From: Eledone cirrhosa
Taxonomy: Eukaryota
DNA length: 64,000 nucleotides
Assembly (NCBI GenBank): GCA_964016885.1
Contig: OZ024741.1
Location: 170,004,001-170,068,000 of the forward strand
Reading direction: 5' to 3'
Below are positions 36,460 through 49,095 of this stretch, in pieces. A program made the position numbers and the translations under genes. The first letter of the stretch is position 1. Every line of letters starts with the position of its first letter. Below the pieces are notes generated by a model. That model did not search any database and was not told the origin of the DNA. It saw only the letters and a list, made by a program, of their open reading frames with translations.

Positions 36460-39400
36460 TTACAGATATATACTCAGAGTCGGCCCATTCACTCGGGCCA
36501 TTCTTGCTTCTCTCACCCATCTTTCAACAAAATGCTGGGAAGAGAGCACTTCCTTCTCTACTCTGATTTTCCTTTTCAAATGAAATTTGAAAAAGTCAAT
36601 CAGAGCATCACCGAAGAGGTAAGTGCTCGTCTTCAGCCCTTTCAAACGTGTCCACCATACTATCTCTTTCGCCATGGCCACCAGACAGATAAAAACTGCC
36701 TGCCCTTCCCGGCTAAAGGAGGAGGGCGGGGCAATCCTCACGATAGACTCAGATGATAGCTGGATCCGTCCTAAACGCGACAGCAGGTGTTCGACATAAA
36801 CCCACAAGTCAGCAATTTTCGGACACTGGACGAGTGCGTGCAGGACGGTTTCGTCGCCCTGCGCGCATCTCGGACATGCCCGGCTGACGGCACCTCCATG
36901 CCTGTAGAGTTTATCCCGAACTGGCAAGGCTCCTCGGTAGCACTGCCAGGCCAGAGATTTCTGGAAGTTGTCCATAGGCCCTGGCCCGAAAGTTCTTCCG
37001 AAGAGATTGGCTAGTTGATTTTCGTCGACGCCTAGAGTTTCCCCAAGTACGTCGTCGCTCTTCCCCTCCACTAATCCTCTATAGAACGCCGAGGTGGAGT
37101 TTCCACCGATCACATTGCCCGATTGGTCGAGGGCTGTGAGCGCCTGAAGACATTCCAGTCTCCAGGCGCTCCCTCTCGGTCTTCGCTTGACCCAGGACTG
37201 CAGCTCCGTCAAGGAAACGAGCTGGGGAAAAACGCGTCTAGCAAACGGCGACCACACCTGATCACCGTCGAGGAAGAGGTGGAGATGTCGTAGCCTGAGC
37301 GCGTGCCTGCGCATCATCAGCCACGGCATGCCCAGCCCTCCACGTAGCGGGTGTTGACAACAGATGGACCGCCTGACCATCGGAGCACGTCCCTTCCACA
37401 AAAAGCGAAAGAGCAAACGCTCCAGCGCAGTCAGGCGAGGCTTAGGACAAGGTACGACGGTTAGGCGGTAGCAGATGACAGACGCGATGTACGCGTTAGC
37501 CACCTCCGCTCGACCTTTCAGGGATAGCTTCCTCTCCGCCCATTTCTGGGTGAGAGAAGCCACCCTGCTCGTCACCTCGTCCCAGTTTTTGTCCGTCTGG
37601 AGGTCCGGACCGAACCAGACCCCTAGCAATTTAACCGGTCCGTCCGTCCAGCGCCCGACGACGCTGTTGGACGGCATGGACCTGCTCTCCAGGTGCCGAG
37701 CTGCAGGCCCACTGACTTTTCCTGGTTGATCATTGCTCCTGTCACCGCTTCGTATTCTCTTAGTGTAGTGCCGATCGCCTCGATGTGTTTGGCGTTCGAC
37801 ACCACTACGGTGACATCGTCCGCATATGCTGACACGGATCTTCCGCATCCTAGTTCGCGCGGGACTCCCCTCAACGTCTCCAGTTTGTGCAGTAATGGCT
37901 CGAGAGTCAATACGTACAAGAGGGACGAGAGGGGACATCCTTGGCGGACCGAGCGCATGATGTTGAACGGTTCCGACAGGTGACCGTTCACTCTCACCAC
38001 AGAGCAGATGTCGCTGTGCATGGCAGCGATCCAGCCTCTGAAGACGGGCCCAAAGCCAGCCGCCCTCAGGACTGCCGCTAGGTAACGATGGTCGACCCTA
38101 TCGAAAGCTTTCGACTGATCTAAATTGATCAAGGACCCACCCGTGCCAGGTTCCCTAGCTACCCTCTCTACGATGTATCGCATGAGGTGGAGGTTGTCGT
38201 GGATGGATCTGTCGGGAATGGCGCATGTCTGCGCCTCTCCCACCAGACCACCAACGACAAGCGCCAACCTCTTTGCTAGCACCTTGGCCAAAATCTTAAA
38301 CTCTGTGTTTAGCAGAGTTATGGGCCGGAAATTGTCTATGTTATCCCCCTTGTTCGGATCCTTTCTCAGCAGTGCCACCGCTCCTCGGCTCACAGAACTG
38401 GGAATTCTCCCGTTCTGTTGCCAGTTGCAGTAGACGTCCGCCAAGAGGCCTCCGAACAAGTCTGGCATCTGTACGTAAAGTTCATAGGGCAGACCATCCA
38501 AACCAGGCGATTTACCCCTTGTGCAGCCAGTCATTGCCTCCCTTACTTCAGCGGCTGTTATCGGCTTTTCGCAACACTTCGCCTCAGTGGCCGAGAGCCG
38601 CGGCAGTCCGTCGAGGTAGACACTAAAGTCCATCCCTCTACCCGGCCCCCCGCTGCCCCCGAACAGCTGAGCGAAGTGTCGCTGAAAAGCTTCACACATT
38701 TGCCCGGGATCGAGTAGCATGCGCCCGTCGTGGTCCACCAAAGACCGGATCGTGGCTTTGTTGCCACGACGCGCCTCCGCCACTCGGGCCCATTGAACGG
38801 CTTTCGTCCCCTCGTGTCTGAGAGCACGCACCCTAGCTCTGACAACGCAGCCTTCGTGCTTTGCATTGAAGAATTGGTCAAGGGCCAATTTCGCCGCAAG
38901 CACGTCGGTCGCAATGCCTTTGCTAAGCGCCTCGTCTAATTTTCTAACTAGTTCTCCCTCTGCTCTATTTTTCTCTATTGCTAAAGCCTTACTAAACCTA
39001 ATCGATTCTATTCTAATCGCTCTTTTCAGAGCAAACCACCACTTGTTGTTGACGATGGCCCCCGTCAACGCCCGCTTAACTAGTTCGCTAATCCGGTCTC
39101 TGTAGGCCTTGCGCGCTGGTAAGGACGCGTTTAGCTTCCAGTAGCCGGGTCCTCGTCTATGAAGCCTATCTAAGTCAAGCACACAGATCACGAATTTGTG
39201 GTCCGTGTAGCTGACTATCTTGAATTGTGGACAGCCTATGCTAGACCTATCTATTTCCCTACAAAATACTCTATCTAGATATGATCTGGATGACCCTATG
39301 CGGTTTGTCCAAGTCCACATTGGCACATTCGGGAAATCCAATCGGTACCTGTCAGACAGTTCAAAACGCCTGAGCAGGTTGGTGAGGCTCTTGCACCCTC

Positions 39401-39878
39401 CACCCCTATCCGCTAATCCCACACAGTCCCAGCGTGCATCTAAGATCCCGTTCCAGTCGCCCACTAACACTAAAGAGCGGGACGTTCCAAGAAAGGTCTC
39501 CAGACGCCGGAAGAAATCAGGCCGCCCTGCTCCTGTCGGGGCATAGACGGCCACTAGCCTGAAAGCTTGCCCGTCTCCGCTGGTCACGTCCAGCACCACC
39601 AGCTTACCCTCTGGGTCCAGGAAGATGGCCCGTATGGCGAGATCCAAACCTCTCCGAAAAAGCACAGCAACTCCTCCACCCGATCCAGGACGGCTGGGAG
39701 ATGCGTACACATCGTAGCCGCCGAAGATCGGTACGAAGGCCCGTGCTTCGGAGATTCTGGTCTCGCTGATGGCCACTACATCTATGTTTAGTGACCTGAG
39801 GTCGTTGAGCAGGTGACCCTGCTTCCATGACGACCCCAAGCCACGCGCATTTATGCTGCCTATTCTGAGTGAGGTCAT
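36460..39878 (-). CDS. Tx1 ORF2 (APE endonuclease, reverse transcriptase, C-terminal zinc finger) with one frameshift near 37685
   Basis: SINARGL..SET, VGDWN, YLDR, YTDH, GYWKLN; KSPGLDG, NFRPITLLN, LDQSKAFD, RQGCPLS, YADD; CPRC..ETVLHALVQC. Confidence 0.9.
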
Positions 39879-39913
39879 GTTTAAAATAGAGTGGAAAAGA
39901 TGGGAAAGACCAC

Positions 39914-42040
39914 TTACCGTACTTTTGGTAGAGGAGGGATGGTTTTTACATCCCTTTTCACTTGATCGTCTGGTGAAGGGACCGTTGAATCGTCCCTTCG
40001 GCTGGTCGTCGGCTCTTCTAAGAGAATGTCTGAGTATACTCTTCGATTGATGGTTCCTCCTAGGTCCCTGAAATCACCAACTGCGTTGGGGAATTTCGTT
40101 TTAATGTTTGTGTATTGTTTCTGTGCTATTTTTAGCAGTCTTATGTTAGTTGGCGTTTTGATTGGTGCTGGTATTATGTAGTCCTGTTGTGAAATGTCTG
40201 TGTGTTCAATTATGTAAGTCATTAGTTTCTTGTTGTGTGTATTTATTGCCGTGCATTTGTTTTTCTGGGGGTGGGGTGTGGTTCTGCTATTTTCTTGTCG
40301 TTGTTGCTGGGTGTGTGTGTTTTGTTGTTGTGTTTGCGATGTTGGTGCTTGTGGTGGTGGTGTTGAAGGTGTTGTTGGCGGTGGGGTTGTCGCCGGTGGT
40401 GATGGTGGTGCTAGTGTGGGTGGTGATGGTGTTGGTGTTGTTGCTGCTGTGGGTCTCTTTGCAGTAGACTTTACCCTTTTCTCATTTCTTTCCTCCCTTT
40501 TCAAAGGCGACGATGCGCTGCTTCTGCGTTTGTGCCTTCTTGCGACCTTTTGCCATCCCTCTCCCACCTCACACTCCATGTCTGATTCTGTGAGGTCGGG
40601 GAGGGGTACCAGCTCCACTCTTTCACTTGTTGTTGTTGGTGATGTTTGCACTGGAGTCTCTGTTGCAGCTGCATTTGGTATTGCTGTTGTTGTTAATATT
40701 TCCACTGCTGCTGCTGTTTTTGATTTCCGTGGCGTGGATATGGGTGCCACGGACCTATCGTTCCTGGTTGCCGCTTGTCCTGTTGCTGGTAGCCGTGGAG
40801 CCGGATTCGGAAGGAGGGGGGTTTTCTCCTTTCTCAGGGTCTTCTCGTTGCAGAAGGCCCTGAGGTGAGTCTTCGATCCACAGCGAAAGCATTTCGGGCG
40901 TTTGCCCTCAACACTTATGGGCAGTTGAGTGCCGTTATCGAAGTCTATCACATCCGGGATAGCTTCGATGCACTCCTGGTTGGTTTGGATTAGCATCTCA
41001 ATGGAGGAGCCGACCCAATCTTCTCTTACTTTTTTCTGTACTTGCAGTACAGTTGTTTTGTCCTCGATTCCGATTAGGACAGACGCGGCCAGCCAAGAAG
41101 GGGTCATTCCGGGGGGGACGTGGGTCAGTTTGACCCTCACAATTTTTTGCCCACAGTAGGAGGGCACCAACACCATTTCCTCGCTCCTTAGGGTCACTAC
41201 TGATTGGGCCTTTGCCTCCTGGGGTGTGGCAAAAAGTACGTCTACGGTGGCATATTTTTTGCCTCGGGTGATGTGCGTTTTCCGCTGCCACACAGACCCC
41301 AAGGCTTTTTGTATTTGGGCCTCTGTGGCTCTTTCCACCCTACGGGATTTTGTACTTACTGTACGGTACGTGACCGTACAGTGCTCTTGGGTTTCGAAAA
41401 AATTTTTCGCTGCCTTGCAGATTGCTCGGTGTCCGTTCTTTGTCACCATCTTCTTCGCTTCCTCTAATTCCTCATTTGTTATGAGGATTGTTTCCAAGTT
41501 TTTCGCAATACCTGCAAATGAGATTGGTTTTTCTCTGCTGTTGTTGTTGTCGTCAGAGCTGCTGGTACTTTTGTTGTTGCTGCAGGTACTACGACTACTG
41601 CCTCCGCCGCTGTTGCTGTGGTTGTTGTTGGTGTTGCTGCTGCTAATGCTGTTGTTGTTTATGCTGCTGGTGATGCTGTTGCGGCTGCTACTGTTGTTTT
41701 CATTGTCACTGTTGCTGTTGTTATTACGGCTGCTACTGCTATTATTCCTGACGTCAGACGAATGAACTGGGTTTTCGTATTTCCCGCACACCTGTTTCGT
41801 CGCTGTCGTCGTCGTCGTGGAGAAACCTTGCACGCTTTGCACGAGACTTTTCTTTTCTTTCGTCACTTGCGAAAGAGAAGGGAGGGAGAGAGACACATTT
41901 AAAGAAGGGAGGGAGAGAGACAATCTTCTCTCTGCTGTAGTGATGATTGAGGAAGAAGAAGACGGAATGAGTGGGAGTGACGTATGAAATTTCTTTTTCG
42001 TAGCCATGTTTTTTTGTTTAAAATGAAATTTTGGGTACAA
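39914..42040 (-). CDS. Tx1 ORF1 (gag-like, CCHC zinc knuckle)
   Basis: Uninterrupted 708 aa with CFRCGSKTHLRAFC; homologous to family B ORF1; true start could be the ATG at ~42007. Confidence 0.82.
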   Translation of the reverse strand: MYPKFHFKQKNMATKKKFHTSLPLIPSSSSSIITTAERRLSLSLPSLNVSLSLPSLSQVTKEKKSLVQSVQGFSTTTTTATKQVCGKYENPVHSSDVRNNSSSSRNNNSNSDNENNSSSRNSITSSINNNSISSSNTNNNHSNSGGGSSRSTCSNNKSTSSSDDNNNSREKPISFAGIAKNLETILITNEELEEAKKMVTKNGHRAICKAAKNFFETQEHCTVTYRTVSTKSRRVERATEAQIQKALGSVWQRKTHITRGKKYATVDVLFATPQEAKAQSVVTLRSEEMVLVPSYCGQKIVRVKLTHVPPGMTPSWLAASVLIGIEDKTTVLQVQKKVREDWVGSSIEMLIQTNQECIEAIPDVIDFDNGTQLPISVEGKRPKCFRCGSKTHLRAFCNEKTLRKEKTPLLPNPAPRLPATGQAATRNDRSVAPISTPRKSKTAAAVEILTTTAIPNAAATETPVQTSPTTTSERVELVPLPDLTESDMECEVGEGWQKVARRHKRRSSASSPLKREERNEKRVKSTAKRPTAATTPTPSPPTLAPPSPPATTPPPTTPSTPPPQAPTSQTQQQNTHTQQQRQENSRTTPHPQKNKCTAINTHNKKLMTYIIEHTDISQQDYIIPAPIKTPTNIRLLKIAQKQYTNIKTKFPNAVGDFRDLGGTINRRVYSDILLEEPTTSRRDDSTVPSPDDQVKRDVKTIPPLPKVR

Positions 42041-42254
42041 AACCCCAATAACTGGTTATTTAACCCCGAAGGGCCAAATAACGGACAGAAAGACCCCTCT
42101 CACGAGGAGGAGGGTGTCTTTATCAACAATTTGGTTCAAGTTTTAAACAATTTACAATTGTTTTAACGGTTAAAAATTACTATACCTTACAGAGCCGAGC
42201 CTCCGTCAACCATGGCATTCAATAATAATAATAATAATAATAATATAATAATTA

Positions 42255-43736
42255 AGAAGGAGTTGGATGTGCTTGTTGACACTGTCCGTATTTTCAGCAA
42301 TGATATATGTATGCAGTTTGGTATTAGTAAGTGTGGAGTCATTGTGATGTGGAGGGGTAGGTTGAGCAGAAGTAACGGAATCCAGATACCAACAGGTGAG
42401 ATGATAAAAGATATTGACTCTGAGGAAGGATACAAGTATTTGGGCGTTCTGGAGGCTGATGGCATAAAGAACAAAAAAATGAAGGAATTGTTAAGAACTG
42501 AATACATTCGGAGAGTAAGGAGCGTATTGAAGTCACATCTGAACAGCAGAAATGCCATAAGCGCAGTAAATTCCCGAGCTGTGTCTATTATTAGGTACAG
42601 TGCGGGAATTCTGAGATGGAATGTTGCTGAACAAAAAGAAATGGATAGAAAGACTAGGAAGCTATTGACTATCTACAACATGTTCCACAAGAGGAGTGAT
42701 GTCGATAGACTCTACCTAAGGAGATCTGAGGGTGGAAGAGGTCTTATCAGCATAGAGGACTGTGTTCAGATGGAGAAAAACAACCTACACAAATACGTGA
42801 CTGATAGTAAGGAGCCAATGCTCAGAACTGTACTGAAGGAGGGGACAATAGGCCAGGGGATGTCCAAGGAGGAAATAACATCAAGAAGAAAGAGCAGCCT
42901 TCAGGAAAAATCCCTTCATAGTACCTTCTTTGAGAAAACTGAATTTAGAGATCCACAGACATGGAACTGGTTGAGAAGAGGAGACCTTAAAAAGGCTACA
43001 GAAGGAATGTTAATGGCTGCGCAGGAGCAGGCCCTCAAAACGAAGTGGTTGAAACACCATATTTACAAGGAGGAGGCTAGCCCACTGTGCATGATCTGTG
43101 GAGAGAGAGAGGAGACTGTGGCTCACATTGTATCCGAGTGTAAACACCTAGCCCAGACCCACGATAAGGGCTGGAGACATGATGTGATGGGCAGGGTGAT
43201 CCACTGGCACCTGTGCAAAGTAAACAATTTACCACATTCTGAGAAATGGTATGAGCATAAGCCAGAGGCGGTGATGGAGAACGATCAGGTGAAGGTGCTG
43301 TGGGATTTTAGGATACAGACGGACAAGAAACTGGAACACAATAGACCTGACCTGGTGGTTGTCGACAAAGGAAAAAGATCGTGTCTGATTGTGGATGTGG
43401 CCTGCCCATTCGACACGAGAGTGCAAGAGAAGGAGAGGGAGAAAATTAACCGATACCAGGACTTAAAGTGGGAGGTAAAAAGGATTTGGAACTGCCATGA
43501 AGTCAAAGTGATCCCGATTGTCATAGGCGCACTGGGGACTATCTCCAAAAGTTTCCAGGGATGGTTAAAGAAAATCGGCCCCTTCACGCTTTTTGGAACG
43601 CTTCAAAAGGCATGCTTGCTGGGAACAGCAAGAACCCTCCGATACGTCCTGAATATCTGAGGCGGCAGGTAGTGGCTTGATATTCATTCCAACGGACTTT
43701 CCGGTTAACTAACATCAATGACTGAGACTCAAGAAG
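42255..43736 (+). mobile_element. R4/Dong-type RLE retrotransposon, 5'-truncated copy 1 (open frame to 43660)
   Basis: YKYLG, GGRGL, CMICGEREETVAHIVSEC, RHD, NRPDLVVVD..IVDVACP..EK..RY; flanked by (AAT)n. Confidence 0.9.
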
Positions 43737-43743
43737 TAATAAC

Positions 43744-43771
<28 letters not shown>

Positions 43772-43774
<3 letters not shown>

Positions 43775-46700
43775 GTTCGAAATACGGTGAAAAGGAGACT
43801 GGAACGTCATGTGAAAGACTCTCACCCAGCAAGTGCTCCCTGGCCCAGCAGCAGGGACCTGGCTGTCATCCAAATACTGCTGGTGTTGGCGGAAGAAGAA
43901 GAAGGAAAGGGACAAGAACCAACTGGACGAAAGAATTGAATAAAACTGTCATGGAATGTTACCTGAAGAGTAACCGCATGGAAATAGGCTATAGGAAACG
44001 GATGCATAACATCTGGAACGAGATTGGTCTATTTAAATTAGATGAACAAAAATTGGCCGGGCAGGCTCGGGTAATAAGAATTAATGGATGGATAAGCGAG
44101 TTGGAACTAGAGGAACTGAGCAGAGAGATTAAGTTCGAAATGGAGAGTGGAGTATGTCAGGCAAACGAGAAATGAAGGTGAAGAGGTTCAGAGACCTGAG
44201 GAAGCATCCGAAGCAGACAATGATCTGAATGCTGAAATAAATAATATCTGGAACAAAGATACGGTCATTGAGGAAATGAATGCTGATGGGCTAGGACAAG
44301 ATTTGGTTGATATCCTAAACTTAGTGATAGATGAAATGAACAATGATAGTGGGAAACCTATGAACCTAAGATTTGTAGACAGGAAAAAGTTAAAAGAAAC
44401 AACAGCTAAGGTAAACAAAGTCATCCCATACCTTGAGGCGAGGAGTCTTCACCAGTGTAACAGAAAATGCAGTGAGGAAATTACTTGGCATAAAAGCGAG
44501 AGGAAACAACAAACAAGAAAGATCAGAACCTTGGTGGAAGAAACGACTGAATGGTCAAATCAAGGAAATGAGAAAAGAGATTGGAAAGCTTGAGTCCTTA
44601 CTGAATGGGACATTACAAAACATAGACACTAAAAATAGATTGGAAATAAAGTACAAAACTAGGGGGAAAAAGCTAAATATAATCATAGAGGAACTGAAGC
44701 AACGCATTGTAGCAAAAAGTGCAAATATTAGGCGGTATGAGAGCAGAGTCAGTCAGTATAGATAGAACCGCATGTTCTACAACAACCAGAAGATGTTGTT
44801 TGGACAGCTTCAAGGGAAAGAAAGAGGCAACGGCTTGATTCCTGAGGCGGAACAGACTAAGACATTCTGGAGAGGAATATGGGAGAAGGGTGTTGAACAT
44901 AATAGTCAGGCAGTGTGGATTGAGACAGTACAAAAGGAGATTAGCGAACAAGCACATCAACAAACTGATTTGAGTATCACAGTTGAAACTCTTAAAGGGC
45001 AGGCCAAAAAACTAACCAACTGGAAATCACCAGGCCCAGATGGTGTGCAGGGGTATTGGATTAAACATATAACATCCCTCTACCCGAAACTGACAACCAT
45101 GTTCAATGACTGCTTGATGTCAGGCGAGGTAGCAGATTGGTTGACAAAAGGTACCACAGTTCTGGTAATGAAAGACCGAATCAAGGGTAATGATGTTACC
45201 AACTATAGACCTATCACATGTCTGTCCGTAATGTGGAAACTGTTGACAAGCAATATGTCTGAGGAAATCTACCATCACCTCCACATAAACAACTTGTTAC
45301 GGGACGAACAGAAAGGATGGCGAAAGAAGACCCGTGGTACAAAGGACCAGTTACTTATTGATAAGATGGTAATGAGGAATTGCAAGAGGAGACACACTGG
45401 TCTTGCGATGGGATGGATAGACTACAAAAAGGCATTTGACATGGTGCTTCATTCTTGGATCACCAAAAGCCTAGAGATCTTCAAGGTGGCAGATAACATC
45501 AGACAGTTGTTGAGCAAAAGTATGAAATCCTGGAAAACAGAGTTAACATCAGCTGGAGAATCCTTGGGAGGCGTGAAGATCAAGAGAGGTATCTTCCAGA
45601 GAGATAGTCTGTCCCCTCTGTTGTTTGTCCTTGCCCTGATCCCCCTGACCATTATACTGCGAAAAATGAGAGCAGAATACAAGTTGGGAAAGGGAGAGCT
45701 TACCATCAATCACCTCCTCTTCATGGACGATCTTAAGCTCTTCGGGAAGAGTGAGAAGGAGTTGGATATGCTTGTTGACACTGTCCGTATTTTCAGCAAT
45801 GATATATGTATGCAATTTGGTATTAGTAAGTGTGGAATCCTTGTGATGAAGAGGGGTAAATTGAGCAGAAGCAACGGAATCCAGGTACCAACATGTGAGA
45901 TGATAAAGGAAATTGACACTGAAGAAGGATACAAATATTTAGGTGTTCTGGAGGCTGATGACATCAAGAACAAAAAAATGAAGGAATTGATAAGATCTGA
46001 ATACATTCGGAGAGTAAGGAGCGTATTAAAGTCACAACTGAACAGTAGGAATGCCATAAGTGCAATAAATTCCCGAGCTGTGTCTATTATTAGGTACAGT
46101 GCGGGAATTCTGAGATGGAATGTTGCTGAACAAGAAGAAATGGATAGAAAGACTAGGAAGCTATTGACTATCTACAACATGTTCCACAAGAGGAGTGATG
46201 TCGCTAGACTCTACTTAAGGAGATCTGAAGGTGGAAGAAGTCTTATCAGCATAGAGGACTGTGTTCAGATAGAGAAAAACAACCTACACAAATATGTGAC
46301 TGATAGTAGGGAGCCAATGCTCAGAATTGTACTGAAGGAGAGGACAATAGACCAGGGGATGTCCAAGGGGGAAATAACAACGAGGAGAAAGAGCAACCTT
46401 CATGAAAAACCCCTTCGTAGTATTTTCTTTGAGAAAACTGAATTCAGAGATCCACAGACATGGAACTGGTTGAAAAGAGGAGACCTTAAAAAGGCTACAG
46501 AAGGAATGCTAATGGCTGCGCAAGAGCAGGCCCTCAAAACGAAGTGGATGAAACACCATCTTTACAAGGAGGAGGCTAGCCCAGTGTAGGATCTGTGAAG
46601 AGAGAGAGAAGACTGTGGCTCACATTGTATCCGAGTGTAAACACCTAGCCCAGACTCACTATAAAGGCTGGAGACATGATGTGATGGGCAGGGTGAACCA

Positions 46701-47234
46701 CTGGCACCTATGCAAAGTAAACAATTTACCACATTCTGAGAAGTGGTATGAGCATAAGCCAGAGTCGGTGATACAAAACGATCAGGTGAAGGTGCTGTGG
46801 GATTTTAGGATACAGACGGACAAGAAACTGGAATACAATAGACCTGACCTGATGGTTTTGGACAAGGAAAAAATATCGTGCCTGATTGTGGATGTAGCCT
46901 GCCCATTCGACACAAGAGTACAAGAGAAGGAGAGGGAGAAAATTAACCGATACCAGGACTTAAAGGGGGAGCTAAAAAGGATTTGGAACTGCCATGAAGT
47001 CAAAGTGGTCCCGATTGTCATATGCGCACTAGGTACTATCTCAAAGAATTTCCAAGGATGGTTAAAGAAAATTGGTCCCGCTCCGCTTTTTAGAACACTT
47101 CAAAAGGCATGCTTGCTGGGAACAGCAAGAACCCTCCGATACGTCCTGAATATCTGAGGCTACAGGTAGTGGCTTGATATTCATTTCAACAAACTTTCCG
47201 GTTAACTAACATCAATGACTGAGACTCAAAGAAC
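43772..47234 (+). mobile_element. R4/Dong-type RLE retrotransposon, near full-length copy 2 (disrupted ORF)
   Basis: N-terminal WTKELNKTVMECY, WKSPGPDG, NYRPITCL, WIDYKKAFD, HLLFMDDLKL, RLE; several stops/frameshifts; ends in (AAT)n. Confidence 0.9.
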
Positions 47235-48119
47235 AATAATAATAATAATAATAAGAAGAAGAAGATCCAACTACTCATGACTATATGAGAATATGTATAC
47301 AGGCAACAATTGAATAACTCTATTAATATTTAAATATTAAAATTATAGGATATTCACTCATATGAATCCTAGATAATAACCTGGATTTATAATTTCATAC
47401 AAATAACTCACAGAAGATAATCAAACTATATTTACCACAATTTTTCTCTCTTCTACTAAATTGTATATATCTGAACCTTTACGTTGATATAATGGATGAT
47501 TTCACTAATGGGAGGCAATAACAAGCTATATTCCTTCCAGGTAAGAAATATGTGTCAGGACAGCATTAGAGTAAATTTCAAGGGACAATGCATCGCCTGA
47601 AGATCATTGAGTGGCAAATTACATTTTAACAGGTAATTCATGTAGTAAAAACATTGAAGTAGATTCAATCACCAACTAACGTGATGTACAAAGACATATG
47701 TTGTTTATGTTGATTATCGTTGCAGTATGTATATATATATATACATACACTGGAGGTTTAAAATGTTGACCACCAGTCCTGCTGTTTCTGCTTGTTTTCT
47801 TACGTTTTCTCAAGATATCTGGTACAGAGTACGGTCTCACATTAGTTTGATCTGTTAATATGTAAATGAGATGTTATGTTCTTGGGCAATTTGTGGAATT
47901 AGTTCTTTTGTTCCAGCCAGTAGCAATGGGATAGTATTGAAGTTCTGGTTGATAGGATGCTCAATTTTGGTGAAACATTCCAAAGAAATGTCACGCTGAG
48001 AGGATTCTGAGACAGTATATGGTGAAAATGAAACATCCGATGAAAGGGTCAGAGAAAGAAGGAGATAATTATATGTTGTATATCGGTACTTACGCATCTA
48101 CACACATATATGTGGATAC

Positions 48120-49095
48120 ATTCTCACACATACTAACGGATATATAACTACTAAAACCAGAAGTGGTAAAGCAGGCATAGTTCCAACATAGTCTGTTTCA
48201 TCAACAGTGCAAAGAAGTGCAGATGAATTTAAAAGTGGACGGATGAGTTTTGAAAATGACCCAAAGTCCTCCAACTGCTACATCGGAGGAAAACACTGAT
48301 CGTGTTCACCACATGGTGAGAGATGACAGGCGATTGATTATAAATCAAATAGCCAGTGCTAGTGAGAGAGTTGAGAATATTCTGCACAATGAACTCTGCA
48401 TGAGAAAGATTTCTGCTCTGTGAGTGCCACATCTGACATTTGATGAAAAGATCACCAGGCTGTTCACAACACAAGAAAAATCTGACGTTGTTTGAGGCAT
48501 ATCCATTTGGTTTCCTTGAACGTTTCTTAACCCAGGATGAGTGTTGGGTTCATCACTTTGAGCCAGATACAAAGAGACAATTTATCCAAAGGAAATAACC
48601 TTCCTCACTTTCTCCAAAGAAGGTAAAGGTCTTTTCAGCTGCAGAGAAGGTGATAGCCTCAGTTTTTTTGAATTACAAAAGGCATTGATTTTATTGATTA
48701 TCTTCAAAAGGGCTCACCATCAATGGAGAGCACTATTCTAACCTGTCGAGGCAGTTATGAAAGGCTATCAAGAGCAAACATACGGGAAACCTGTCGAAAG
48801 TTGTCTTGTTTTGTCAGAACAATGCTCCAGCACACAAGTCCTTGGTTTCAGTGGCTGCTGTGCGTGAATGTGTCTTTGAACCGGTTAATCCCCTTCCCAG
48901 TTCTCCTGATTTTCCCCATCTGACTATCATCTGCTCTACAACATAAAAAAACATTTGGCTGGTAACCAGTATCGCAGTGATGATGACGTCATATGTACTA
49001 TTGACGACTTTTCTGACCAACAGAATAAAAGCGTCTTCACCAATGGGATCCAAGCACAGCAACACCGATGGAAGAAGTTTGTGGATCTCTAAGGT
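48120..49095 (+). pseudogene. Mariner-type transposase pseudogene
   Basis: Fragments MVRDDRRL, ILHNELCMRKISA.VP, FLTQDECWVHHFEP, KVIASVF, NAPAH, SSPD, RWKKFVD. Confidence 0.82.

Noticed and set aside
42212-42254. ATG-initiated 482-aa ORF as a standalone gene
   Set aside because: The start comes from the antisense Tx1 5' end plus (AAT)n read in frame with a truncated Dong ORF; likely fortuitous
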